Positions 26,001-40,700 of a DNA stretch of 64,000 bases are shown piece by piece. The notes below the pieces were generated by a model that had not been told where the DNA came from, ran no database searches, and saw only the letters and a program-made list of their open reading frames with translations. The DNA lies in contig OZ024740.1 in the NCBI GenBank assembly GCA_964016885.1, forward strand, positions 22,320,001-22,384,000. The letters run 5' to 3'. The translations under genes were made by a program, and so were the position numbers. This stretch comes from Eledone cirrhosa (lineage: Eukaryota). The stretch's first letter is position 1. Every line of letters starts with the position of its first letter.

Positions 26001-29000
26001 AAACACTTTTGACTAAACTGTCTTATCCTTGTCACGTCCACTTAATCACTTTTGACTGAACTGTCTTATCGTTGTCACCTCCACTTAAACACTTTGGACT
26101 AAACTGTCTTATCCTTGTGACGTCCACTTAAACACTTTTGACTAAACTGGCTTATCCTTATCACCTCCACTTAAACACTTTTGACCGAACTGTCTTATCC
26201 GTGTCACCTCCACTTAAACACTTTTGACTGAACTGTCTTATCCTTGTCACCTCCAATTAAACACTTTTGACTGGACTGTCTTATCCTTGTCACCTCCACC
26301 TAAACACTTTTGACTGAACTGTCTTATCCTTGTCACCTCCAATTAAACACGTTTGACTGAACTGTCTTAACCTTGTCACCTCCCTTAAATACTTTTGACT
26401 AAACTGTCTTATCCCTGTCACCTCCACGTAAACACTTTTGACTAAACTGTCTTATTCTTGTCACCTCCACTTAAACAATTTTGACCGAACTGTCTTATCC
26501 TTGTCACGTCCACTTAAACACTTTTGACTGAACTCTCTTATCCTTGTCACCTCCCTTAAACACTTTTGACAAAACTGTCTCATTCTTGTCACCTCCACTT
26601 AAACACTTTTGACTGAACTGTCTTATCTTTGTCACCTCCATATAAACACTTTTGACTAAACTGTCTTATCCTTGTCACCTCCATTTCAACACGTTTGACT
26701 AAACTGTCTTATCCTTGTGACCTCCACTTAAACACTTTTGACTAAACTGTCTTATCCTTGTCACCTCCACTTAAACACTTTTGACTAAACTGTCTTAACG
26801 TTGTCACCTCCACTTAAACACTTTTGACTAAACTGTCTTATCCTTGTCACCTCCACTTAAACACGTTTGACTGAACTGTCTTAAACTTGTCACCTCCACT
26901 TAAACTCTTTTGACTGAATTGTCTTATCGCTGTCCCATCCACTTAAACACTTTTGACTGAACTGTCATATCCTTGTCACCTCCACTTCAACACGTTTGAC
27001 TAAACTGTCTTATCTTTTTCACCTCCACTTAAACACTTTTGACCGAACTGTCTTATCCGTGTCACCTCCACTTAAACACTTTTGACTGAACTGTCTTATC
27101 GTTGCCACCTCCACTTAAACACTTTTGACTCTTAAACACTTTTGACTAAACTGTCTTATCCTTGTCAACTCTACTTAAACACTTTTGACTGAACTGTCTT
27201 ATCCTTGTCACCTGCAATTAAACACTTTTGACTGAACTGTCTTATCCTTGTCACCTCCCCTTAAACACTTTTGACTGAACAGTCTTATCCTTGTCACCCC
27301 CACTTCAACACGTTTGACTAAACTGTCTTATCCTTGTCAACTCCACTTAAACACTTTTGACTGAACTGTCCTATCCTTGTCACCTCCAATTAAACACTTT
27401 TGACTGAACTGTCTTATCCTTGTCACCTCCCCTTAAACACTTTTGACTGAACTGTCTTATCCTTGTCACCTCCAATTAAACACTTTTGACTGAACTGTCT
27501 TATCCTTGTCACCTCCACTTAAACACTTTTGACTGAACTGTCATATCCTTGTCACCTCCACTTCAACACGTTTGACTAAACTGTCTTATCTTTGTCACCT
27601 CCACTTAAACACTTTTGACTAAACTGTCTTATGCTTGGCACCTCCACTTAAAAACTTTTGACTAAACTGTCTTAACGTTGTCACCTCCACTTAAACACTT
27701 TTGACTAAACTGTCTCATCCTTGTCACCTCCACTTAAACACTTTTGACTGAATTGTCTTATCGCTGTCCCATCCACTTAATCACTTTTGACTGAACTGTA
27801 TTATCCTTGTCACCTCCACTTAAACACTTTTGACTGAACTGTCTTATCCTTGTCACCTCCACTTAAAAAGTTTTCACTGAACTGTCATATCGTTGTCACT
27901 TCCATTTAAACACTTTGGACTAAACTGTCTTATCCTTGTCACCTCCACTTAAACACTTTTGACTGAACTGTCTTATCCTTGTCACCTCCACTTAAACACT
28001 TTTCACTGAACTGTCATATCGTTGTCACTTCCATTTAAACACTTTGGACTAAACTGTCTTATCCTTGTCACGTCCACTTAAACACTTTTGACTGAAATGT
28101 CTTATCGTTGTAACATCCACTTAAACACTTTTGACTAAACTGTCTTATCCTTGTCACCTCCACATAAACACTTTTGACTGAACTGTCTTATAGTTGTCAA
28201 CTCCAATTAAACACTTTTGTCTGAACTGTCTTATCGTTGTCACCTCCACTTAAACACTTTTGAATAAACTGTCTTATCCTTGTCACCTCCACTTAAACAC
28301 TTTTGACTAAACTGGCTTATCCTTATCACCTCCACTTAAACACTTTTGACCGAAAGGTCTTATCCGTGTCACCTCCACTTAAACACTTTTGACTGAACTG
28401 TCTTATCCTTGTCACCTCCACTTAAACACTTTGGACTAAACTGTCTTATCCTTGTCACGTCCACTTAAACACTTTTGACTAAACTGGCTTATCCTTGTCA
28501 CCTCCACTTAAACACTTTTGACCGAACTGTCTTATCCGTGTCACCTCCACTGAAATACTTTTGACTGAACTGTCTTATCCTTGTCATCTCCAATTAAACA
28601 CTTTTGACTGGACTGTCTTATCCTTGTCACCTCCACTTAAACACTTTTGACTGAACTGTCTTATCCTTGTCACCTCCACTTAAACACGTTTGACTGAACT
28701 GTCTTAACCTTGTCACCTCCCTTAAATACTTTTGACTAAACTGTCTTATCCTTGTCACCTCCACGTAAACACTTTTGACTAAATTGTCTTATCCTTGTCA
28801 CCTCCACTTAAACAATTTTGACTAAACTGTCTTATCCTTGTCACCTCCACTTAAACACTGTTGACTGAACTGTCTTATCCTTGTCACCTACACTTAAACA
28901 CTTTGGACTAAACTGTCTTATCCTTGTCATGTCCACTTAAACACTTTTGACTGAACTCTCTTATCCTTGTCACCTCCTTAAACACTTTTGACAAAACTGT

Positions 29001-32000
29001 CTTATCCTTGTCACCTCCACTTAAACACTTTTGACTGAATTGTCTTATCGTTGTCACCTCCACTTAAACACTTTGGACTAAACTGTCTTACCCTTGTCAC
29101 GTCCACTTAAACACTTTTGACTAAACTGGCTTATCCTTATCACCTCCACTTAAACACTTTTGACCGAACTGTCTTATCCGTGTTACCTCCACTTTAACAC
29201 GTTTGACTAAACTGTCTTATCTTTGTCACCTCCACTTAAACACTTTTGACTAAACTGTCTTATCCTGGTCACCTCCACTTAAACACTTTTGACTGAACTG
29301 TCTTATCCTTGTCACCACCACTTAAGCACTTTTGACTAAACTGTCTTAACGTTGTCACCTCCACTTAAACAATTTTGACTAAACCGTCTTATCCTTGTCA
29401 CCTCCACTTAAACACTTTGGACCAAACTGTCTTATCCTTGTCACGTCCACGTAAACACTTTTGACTGAACTGTCTTATCCTTGTCACCTCCACTTAAACA
29501 CTTTTGACTGAAGTGTCTTATCGTTGTAACATCCACTTAAACACTTTTGACTAAACTGTCTTATCTTTGTCACCTCCACTTAAACACTTTTGACTGAACT
29601 GTCTTATCGTTGTCACCTCAACTTAAACACTTTTGACTAAACTGTCTTATTCTTGTCAACTCCATTTAAACACTTTTGACTGAACTGTCTTATCGTTGTC
29701 ACCTCCACTTAAACACGTTTGACTGAATTATCTTATCGCTGTCCCATCCCCTTAAACACTTTTGACTAAACTGTCTTATCCTTGTCAACTCCACTTAAAC
29801 ACTTTTGACTAAACTGTCTTATCCTTGTCAACTCCAATTAAACACTTTTGACTGAACTGTCTTATCGTTGTCACCTCCACTTAAACACTTTTGACTGAAC
29901 TGTCTTATCCTTGTCACCTCCAATTAAACACTTTTGACTGGACTGTCTTATCCTTGTCACCTACACTTAAACACTTTTGACTGAACTGTCTTATCCTTGT
30001 CACCTACACTTAAACACGTTTGACTGAACTGTCTTAACCTTGTCACCTCCCTTAAATACTTTTGACTAAACTGTCTTATCCTTGTCACCTCCACGTAAAC
30101 ACTTTTGACTAAACTGTCTTATCCTTGTCACCTCCACTTAAACAATTTTGACCGAACTGTCTTATCCGTGTCACCTCCACTTAAACACTTTTGACTGAAC
30201 TGTCTTATCCTTGTCACCTACACTTAAACACTTTGGACTAAACTGTATTATCCTTGTCACGTCCACTTAAACACTTTTGACTGAACTGTCTTATCCTTGT
30301 CACCTCCCTTAAACACTTTTGACAAAACTGTCTTATCCTTGTCACCTCCACTTAAACACTTTTGACTGAACTGTCTTATCTTTGTCACCTCCATATAAAC
30401 ACTTTTGACTAAACTGTCTTATCCTTGTCACCTCCATTTAAACACATTTGACTAAACTGTCTTATCCTTGTGACCTCCACTTAAACACTTTTGACTAAAC
30501 TGTCTTATCCTTGTCACCTCCACTGAAACACTTTTGACTAAACTGTCTTATCCTTGTCAACTCCAATTAAACACTTTTGACTGAACTGTCTTATCGTTGT
30601 CACCTCCACTTAAACACTTTTGACCGAACTGTCTTATCCGTGTCACCTCCACTTAAACACTTTTGACTGAACTGTCTTATCCTTGTCACCCCCACTTAAA
30701 CACTTTTGACTAAACTGTCTTATCCTTGTCACCTCCACTTAATCACTTTTGACTGAACTGTCTTATCGTTGTCACCTCCACTTAAACACTTTGGACTAAA
30801 CTGTCTTATCCTTGTCACGTCCAATTAAACACTTTTGACTAAACTGGCTTATCCTTATCACCTCCACTTAAACACTTTTGACCGAACTGTCTTATCCGTG
30901 TCACCTCCACTTAAACACTTTTGACTGAACTGTCTTATCCTTGTCACCTCCAATTAAACACTTTTGACTGGACTGTCTTATCCTTGTCACCTCCACTTAA
31001 ACACTTTTGACTGAACTGTCTTATCCTTGTCACCTCCAATTAAACACGTTTGACTGAACTGTCTTATCCGTGTCACCTCCACTTAAACACTTTTGACTGA
31101 ACTGTCTTATCCTTGTCACCTACACTTAAACACTTTTGACTGAACTGTCTTATCCTTGTCACCTACACTTAAACACGTTTGACTGAACTGTCTTAACCTT
31201 GTCACCTCCCTTAAATACTTTTGACTAAACTGTCTTATCCTTGTCACTTCCACGTAAACACTTTTGACTAAACTGTCTTATCCTTGTCACCTCCACTTAA
31301 ACAATTTTGACCGAACTGTCTTATCCGTGTCACCTCCACTTAAACACTTTTGACTGAACTGTCTTATCCTTGTCACCTACACTTAAACACTTTGGACTAA
31401 ACTGTATTATCCTTGTCACGTCCACTTAAACACTTTTGACTGAACTGTCTTATCCTTGTCACCTCCCTTAAACACTTTTGACAAAACTGTCTTATCCTTG
31501 TCACCTCCACTGAAACACTTTTGACTAAACTGTCTTAACGTTGTCACCTCCACTTAAACACTTTTGACTAAACTGTCTTATCCTTGTCACCTCCACTTAA
31601 ACACGTTTGACGGAACTGTCTTAACCTTGTCACCTCCACTTAAACACTTTTGACTGAATTGTCTTATCGCTGTCCCATCCACTTAAACACTTTTGACTGA
31701 ACTGTCATATCCTTGTCATCTCCACTTCAACACGTTTGACTAAACTGTCTTATCTTTGTCACCTCCACTTAAACACTTTTTACCGAACTGTCTTATCCGT
31801 GTCACCTCCACTTAAACACTTTTGACTGAACTGTCTTATCGTTGCCACCTCCACTTAAACACTTTTGACTAAACTGTCTTATCCTTGTCACCTCCACTTA
31901 ATCACTTTTGATTGAATTGTCTTATCGTTGTCACCTCCACTTAAACACTTTTGACTAAACTGTCTTATCCTTGTCAACTCCACTTAAACACTTTTGACTG

Positions 32001-34720
32001 AACTGTCTTATCCTTGTCACCTCCAATTAAACACTTTTGACTGAACTGTCTTATCCTTGTCACCTCCCCTTAAACACTTTTGACTGAACTGACTTATCCT
32101 TGTCACCCCCACTTCAACACGTTTGACTAAACTGTCTTATCCTTGTCAACTCCACTTAAACACTTTTGACTGAACTGTCTTATCCTTGTCACCTCCAATT
32201 AAACACTTTTGACTGAACTGTCTTATCCTTGTCACCTCCACTTAAACACTTTTGACTGAACTGTCATATCCTTGTCACCTCCACTTCAACACGTTTGACT
32301 AAACTGTCTTATCTTTGTCACCTCCACTTAAACACTTTTGACTAAACTGTCTTATGCTTGGCACCTCCACTTAAACACTTTTGACTAAACTGTCTTAACG
32401 TTGTCACCTCCACTTAAACACTTTTGACTAAACTGACTCATCCTTGTCACCTCCACTTAAACACGTTTGACTGAACTGTCTTATCCTTGTCACCTACACT
32501 TAAACACGTTTGGCTGAACTGTCTTATCCTTGTCACCTCCCTTAAATACTTTTGACTGAACTGTCTTATCGTTGTCACCTTCACTTAAACACTTTTGACA
32601 GAACTGTTTTATCCTTGTCACCTCCATTTAAACACTTTTGACTGAATTGTCTTATCGCTGTCCCATCCACTTAAACACTTTTGACTGAACTGTCATATCG
32701 TTGTCACTTCCATTTAAACACTTTTGACTAAACTGTCTTATCCTTGTCACCTCCACTTAAACAATTTTGACTAAACTGTCTTATCCTTGTCACCTCCACT
32801 TAAACACTTTTGACTGAACTGTCTTATCCTTGTCACCTACAATTAAACACTTTGGACTAAACTGTCTTATCCTTGTCACGTCCACTTAAACACTTTTGAC
32901 TAAACTGTCTTATCCTTGTCACCTCCACATAAACACTTTTGACTGAACTGTCTTATAGTTGTCAACTCCAATTAAACACTTTTGACTGAAATGTCTTATC
33001 GTTGTAACATCCACTTAAACACTTTTGACTAAACTGTCTTATTCTTGTCAACTCCATTTAAACACTTTTGACTGAACTGTCTTATCGTTGTCACCTCCAC
33101 TTAAACACGTTTGACTGAATTGTCTTATCGCTGTCCCATCCCCTTAAACACTTTTGACTAAACTGTCTTATCCTTGTCAACTCCACTTAAACACTTTTGA
33201 CTAAACTGTCTTATCCTTGTCAACTCCAATTAAACACTTTTGACTGAACTGTCTTATCGTTGTCACCTCCACTTAAACACTTTTGACTGAACTGTCTTAT
33301 CCTTGTCACCTCCCCTTAAACACTTTTGACTAAACTGTCTTATCCTTGTCACGTCCACTTAATCACTTTTGACTGAACTGTCTTATCGTTGTCACCTCCA
33401 CTTAAACACTTTGGACTAAACTGTCTTATCCTTGTGACGTCCACTTAAACACTTTTGACTAAACTGGCTTATCCTTATCACCTCCACTTAAACACTTTTG
33501 ACCGAACTGTCTTATCCGTGTCACCTCCACTTAAACACTTTTGACTGAACTGTCTTATCCTTGTCACCTCCAATTAAACACTTTTGACTGGACTGTCTTA
33601 TCCTTGTCACCTCCACCTAAACACTTTTGACTGAACTGTCTTATCCTTGTCACCTCCAATTAAACACGTTTGACTGAACTGTCTTAACCTTGTCACCTCC
33701 CTTAAATACTTTTGACTAAACTGTCTTATCCCTGTCACCTCCACGTAAACACTTTTGACTAAACTGTCTTATTCTTGTCACCTCCACTTAAACAATTTTG
33801 ACCGAACTGTCTTATCCTTGTCACGTCCACTTAAACACTTTTGACTGAACTCTCTTATCCTTGTCACCTCCCTTAAACACTTTTGACAAAACTGTCTCAT
33901 TCTTGTCACCTCCACTTAAACACTTTTGACTGAACTGTCTTATCTTTGTCACCTCCATATAAACACTTTTGACTAAACTGTCTTATCCTTGTCACCTCCA
34001 TTTCAACACGTTTGACTAAACTGTCTTATCCTTGTGACCTCCACTTAAACACTTTTGACTAAACTGTCTTATCCTTGTCACCTCCACTTAAACACTTTTG
34101 ACTAAACTGTCTTAACGTTGTCACCTCCACTTAAACACTTTTGACTAAACTGTCTTATCCTTGTCACCTCCACTTAAACACGTTTGACTGAACTGTCTTA
34201 AACTTGTCACCTCCACTTAAACTCTTTTGACTGAATTGTCTTATCGCTGTCCCATCCACTTAAACACTTTTGACTGAACTGTCATATCCTTGTCACCTCC
34301 ACTTCAACACGTTTGACTAAACTGTCTTATCTTTTTCACCTCCACTTAAACACTTTTGACCGAACTGTCTTATCCGTGTCACCTCCACTTAAACACTTTT
34401 GACTGAACTGTCTTATCGTTGCCACCTCCACTTAAACACTTTTGACTCTTAAACACTTTTGACTAAACTGTCTTATCCTTGTCAACTCTACTTAAACACT
34501 TTTGACTGAACTGTCTTATCCTTGTCACCTGCAATTAAACACTTTTGACTGAACTGTCTTATCCTTGTCACCTCCCCTTAAACACTTTTGACTGAACAGT
34601 CTTATCCTTGTCACCCCCACTTCAACACGTTTGACTAAACTGTCTTATCCTTGTCAACTCCACTTAAACACTTTTGACTGAACTGTCCTATATTTGTCAC
34701 CTCCAATTAAACACTTTTGA
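20080..34720. repeat. 7317-bp tandem duplication (about 170 monomers x2) within the satellite
   Basis: Markers all offset by 7317: atgcttggca 20314/27631 and 25037/32354, acttaaaaag 20544/27861, cgaaagg 21034/28351, truncated monomer 27131/34448. Boundaries approximate. Confidence 0.9.
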
Positions 34721-37700
34721 CTGAACTGTCTTATCCTTGTCACCTCCACTTAAACACTTTTGACTGAACTGTCATATCCTTGTCACCTCCACTTCAACAC
34801 GTTTGACTAAACTGTCTTATCTTTGTCACCTCCACTTAAACACTTTTAACTAAACTGTCTTATGATTGTCACCTCCACTTAAACACTTTTGACTAAACTG
34901 TCTTATCCTTGTCACCTCCACTTAAACACTTTTGACTAAACTGTCTCATCCTTGTCACCTCCACTTAAACACGTTTGACTAAACTGTCTTATCCTTGTCA
35001 CGTCCACTTAAACACGTTTGACTGAACTGTCTTATCCTTGTCACCTCCCTTAAATACTTTTGACTGAACTATCTTATCATTGTCACCTTCACTTAAACAC
35101 TTTTGACTGAACTGTTTTATCCTTGTCACCTCCACTTAAACACTTTTGACTGAATTGTCTTATCGCTGTCCCATCCACTTAATCACTTTTGACTGAACTG
35201 TCTTATCCTTGTCATCTCCACTTAAACACTTTTGACTGAACTGTCTTATCCTTGTCACCTCCACTTAAACACTTTTGACTGAACTGTCATATCGTTGTCA
35301 CTTCCATTTAAACACTTTGGACTAAACTGTCTTATCCTTGTCACCTCCACTTAAACAATTTTGACTAAACTGTCTTATCCTTGTCACCTCCACTTAAACA
35401 CTTCTGACTGAACTGTCTTATCGTTGTCACCTCCACTTAAACACTTTTGACTAAACTGTCTTATCCTTGTCAACTCCATTTAAACACTTTTGACTGGACT
35501 GTCTTATCGTTGTCACCTCCACTTAAACACTTTTGACCTAACTGTTTTATCATTGTCACCTCCACTTAAACACTTTTGACTGAATTGTCTTATCGCTGTC
35601 CCATCCACTTAAACACTTTTGACTAAACTGGCTTATCCTTATCAACTCCAATTAAACACTTTTGACCGAACTGTCTTATCCGTGTCACCTCCACTTAAAC
35701 ACTTTTGACTGAACTGTCTCATCGTTTCCACCTCCACTTAAACACTTTTGACTAAACTGTCTTATCCTTGTCACCTCCACTTAATCACTTTTGACTGAAC
35801 TGTCTTATCGTTGTCACCTCCACTTAAACACCTTTGACTAAACTGTCTTATCCTTGTCAACTCCACTTAAACACTTTTGACTGAACTGTCTTATCCTTGT
35901 CACCTCCAATTAAACACTTTTGACTGAACTGTCTTATCCTTGTCACCTCCACTTCAACACGTTTGACTAAACTGTCTTATCCTTGTCACCTCCACTTAAA
36001 CACGTTTGACTAAACTGTCTTATCGTTGTCACCTCCACTTAAACACTTTTGACTGAACTCTCTCATCGTTGTCACCTCCACTTAATCACTTTGGACTAAA
36101 CTGTCTTATCCTTGTCACGTCCACTTAAAAACTTTTGACTAAACTGGCTTATCCTTATCACCTCCACTTAAACACTTTTGACCGAACTGTCTTATCCGTA
36201 TCACCTCCACTTAAACACTTTTGACTGAACTGACTTATCCTTGTCACCTCCAATTAAACACTTTTGACTGAACTGTCTTATCCTTGTCACCTCCAATTTA
36301 ACACGTTTGACTAATCTGTCTTATATTTGTCACCTCCACTTAAACACTTTTGACTAAACTGTCTTATCCTTGTCACCTCCACTTAAACACTTTTGCCTAA
36401 ACTGTCTTATCCTTGTCACCTCCACTTAAACACTTTTGACTGAACTGTCTTATCCTTGTCACCTCCCTTAAATACTTTTCACTAAACTGTCTTATCCTTG
36501 TCACCTCCACGTAAACACTTTTGACTAAACTGTCTTATCCTTGTCACATCCACTTAAACAATTTTGACTAAACTGTCTTATCCTTGACACCTCCACTTAA
36601 ACACTTTTTACTGAACTGTCTTATCCTTGTCACCTACACTTAAACACTTTGAACTAAACTCTCTTATTTTTGTCACGTCCACTTAAACACTTTTGAGTGA
36701 ACTGTCTTATCCTTGTCACCTACACTTAAACACTTTTGACTAAAATGTCTTATCGTTGTAACATCCACTTAAACACTTTTGAATAAACTGTCTTATCCTT
36801 GTCACCTCCACTTAAACACTTCTGACTGAACTGTCTTATCGTTGTCACCTCCACTTAAACACTTTTGACTAAACTGTCTTATCCTTGTCAACTCCATTTA
36901 AACACTTTTGACTGAACTGTCTTATCGTTGTCACCTCCACTTAAACACTTTTGACTAAACTGACTTATCCTTGTCAACTCGACTTAAACACTTTTGACTG
37001 AATTGTCTTATCGTTGTCACTTCCACTTAAACACTTTTGACCTAACTGTTTTATCCTTGTCACCTCCACTTAAACACTTTTGACTGAATTGTCTTATCGC
37101 TGTCCCATCCACTTAAACACTTCTGACTAAACTGGCTTATCCTTGTCAACTCCAATTAAACACTTTTGACTGAACAGTCTTATCGTTGTCACCTCCACTT
37201 AAACACTTTTGACCAAACTGTCTTATCCTTATCACCTCCACTTAAAAACTTTTGACCGAACTGTCTTATCCGTGTCACCTCCACTTAAACACTTTTGACT
37301 GAACTGTCTCATCGTTGCCACCTCCACTTAAACACGTTTGACTAAACTGTCTTATCCTTGTCACCTCCACTTAATCACTTTTGACTGAACTGTCTTATCG
37401 TTGTCACCTCCACTTAAACACTTTTGACTAAACTGTCTTATCCTTGTCAACACCACTTAAACACTTTTGACTGAACTGTCTTATCCTTGTCACCTCCAAT
37501 TAAACACTTTTGACTGAACTGTCTTATCCTTGTCACCTCCACTTAAACACTTTTGACTGAACTGTCTTATCCTTGTCACCTCCACTTCAACAGGTTTGAC
37601 TAAACTGTCTTATCCTTGTCACCGCCACTTAAACACTTTTGACTAAACTGTCTTAACGTTGTCACCTCCACTTAAACACTTTTGACTAAACTGTCTCATC

Positions 37701-40700
37701 CTTGTCACCTCCACTTAAACACGTTTGACTAAACTGTCTTATCCTTGTCACGTCCACTTAAACACGTTTGACTGAACTGTCTTATCCTTGTCACCTCCCT
37801 TAAATACTTTTGACTAAACTGTCTTATCCTTGTCACCTCCACTAAAACACTTTTGACCGAACTGTCTTATCCGTATCACCTCCACTTAAACACTTTTGAC
37901 TGAACTGACTTATCCTTGTCACCTCCAATTAAACACTTTTGACTGAACTGTCTTATCCTTGTCACCTCCAATTTAACACGTTTGACTAAACTGTCTTATC
38001 TTTGTCACCTCCACTTAAACACTTTTGACTAAACTGTCTTATCCTTGTCACCTCCACTTAAACACTTTTGTCTAAACTGTCTTATCCTTGTCACCTCCAC
38101 TTCAACACGTTTTACTGAACTGTCTTATCCTTGTCACCTCCCTTAAACACTTTTGACTAAACTGTCTTATCCTTGTCACATCCACCTAAACAATTTTGAC
38201 TAAACTGTCTTATCCTTGACACCTCCACTTAAACACTTTTTACTGAACTGTCTTATCCTTGTCACCTACACTTAAACACTTTGGACTAAACTGTCTTATT
38301 CTTGTCACGTCCACTTAAACACTTTTGACTGAACTGTCTTATCCTTGTCACCTCCACTTAAACACTTTTGACTGAAATGTCTTATCGTTGTAACATCCAC
38401 TTAAACACTTTTGAATAAACTGTCTTATCCTTGTCACCTCCACTTAAACACTTCTGACTGTACTGTCTTATCGTTGTCACCTCCACTTAAACACTTTTGA
38501 CTAAACTGTCTTATCCTTGTCAACTCCATTTAAACACTTTTGTCTGAACTGTCTTATCGTTGTCACCTCCACTTAAACACTTTTGACTAAACTGTCTTAT
38601 CCTTGTCAACTCCACTTAAACACTTTTGACTGAATTGTCTTATCGTTGTCACTTCCACTTAAACACTTTTGACCTAACTGTTTTATCATTGTCACCTCCA
38701 CTTAAACACTTTTGACTGAATTGTCTTATCGCTGTCCCATCCACTTAAACACTTTTGACTAAACTGGCTTATCCTTGTCAACTCCAATTAAACACTTTTG
38801 ACTGAACAGTCTTATCGTTGTCACCTCCACTTAAACACTTTTGACTAAACTGTCTTATCCTTATCACCTCCACTTAAACACTTTTGACCGAACTGTCTTA
38901 TCCGTGTCACCTCCACTTAAACACTTTTGACTGAACTGTCTCATCGTTGCCACCTCCCTTAAACACTTTTGACTAAACTGTCTTATCCTTGTCAACTACA
39001 CTTAATCACTTTTGACTGAACTGTCTTATCGTTGTCACCTCCACTTAAACACTTTTGACTAAACTGTCTTATCCTTGTCAACACCACTTAAACACTTTTG
39101 ACTGAACTGTCTTATCCTTGTCACCTCCAATTAAACACTTTTGACTGAACTGTCTTAACCTTGTCACCTCCACTTAAACACTTTTGACTGAACTGTCTTA
39201 TCCTTGTCACCTCCACTTCAACACGTTTGACTAAACTGTCTTATCTTTGTCACCTCCACTTAAAAACTTTTGACTAAACTGTCTTATCCTTGTCACCGCC
39301 ACTTAAACACTTTTGACTAAACTGTCTTAAAGTTGTCACCTCCACTTAAACACTTTTGACTAAACTGTCTCATCCTTGTCACCTCCACTTAAACACGTTT
39401 GACTAAACTGTCTTATCCTTGTCACGTCCACTTAAACACTTTTGACTGAACTGTCTTATCCTTGTCACCTCCCTTAAATACTTTTGACTAAACTGTCTTA
39501 TCCTTGTCAACTCCACTTAAACACTTTTGACTGAACTGTCTTATCGTTGTCACCTCCACTTAAACACTTTCGACTGAACTGTCTTCTTCTTGTCACCTCC
39601 ACTTCAACACGTTTGTCTAAACTGTCTTATCCTTGTCACCTCCATTTAAACACTTTTGACTAAACTGTCTTATCCTTGTCAACTCCACTTAAACACATTT
39701 GACTGAACTGTCTTATCGTTGTCACCTCCACTTAAACACTTTTGACTGAACTGTTTTATCCTTGTCACCTCCACTTAAACACTTTTGACTGAATTGTCTT
39801 ATCGCTGTCTCATCCACTGAATCACTTTTGACTAAACTGGCTTATCCTTATCACCTCCACTTAAACACTTTTGACCGAACTGTCTTATCCGTGTCACCTC
39901 CACTTAAACACTTTTGACTGAACTGTCTTATCGTTGTCACCTCCACTTAAACTCTTTTGACTAAACTGTCTTATCCTTGTCACCTCCAAATAATCACTTT
40001 TGACTGAACTGTCTCATCGTTGTCACCTCCACTCAAACACTTTTGTCTGAACTGTCTTCTTCTTGTCACCTCCACTTCAACACGTTTGTCTAAACTGTCT
40101 TATCTTTGTCACCTCCATTTAAACACTTTGGACTAAACTGTCTTATCCTTGTCAACTCCACTTAACCACTTTTGACTGAACTGTCTTATCGTTGTCACCT
40201 CCACTTAAACACTTTTGACTAAACTGTCTTATCCTTGTCACCTCCACTTAACCACTTCTGACTGAATTGTCTTATCGCTGTCCCATCCACTTAATCACTT
40301 TTGACTGAACCGACTTATCCTTGTCACCTCCACTTAAACACTTTTGACTGAACTGTCTTATCGTTGTCACCTCCACTTAAACACTTTTGACTAAACTGTC
40401 TTATCCTTGTCACCTCCACTTAACCATTTTTGACTGAACTGTCTTATCGTTGTCACCTCCACTTAAACACTTTTGACTAAACTGTCTTATCCTTGTCAAC
40501 TCCAATTAAACACTTTTGACTGAACTGTCTTATCCTTGTCACCTCAAATTAAACACTTTTGACTGAACTGTCTTATCCTTGTCACCTCCACTTAAACACT
40601 TTTGACTGAACTGTCTTATCCTTGTAACCTCCACTTTAACACGTTTGACTAAACTGTCTTATCCTTGTCTCCTACACTTCAACACTTTGGACGAAACTGT

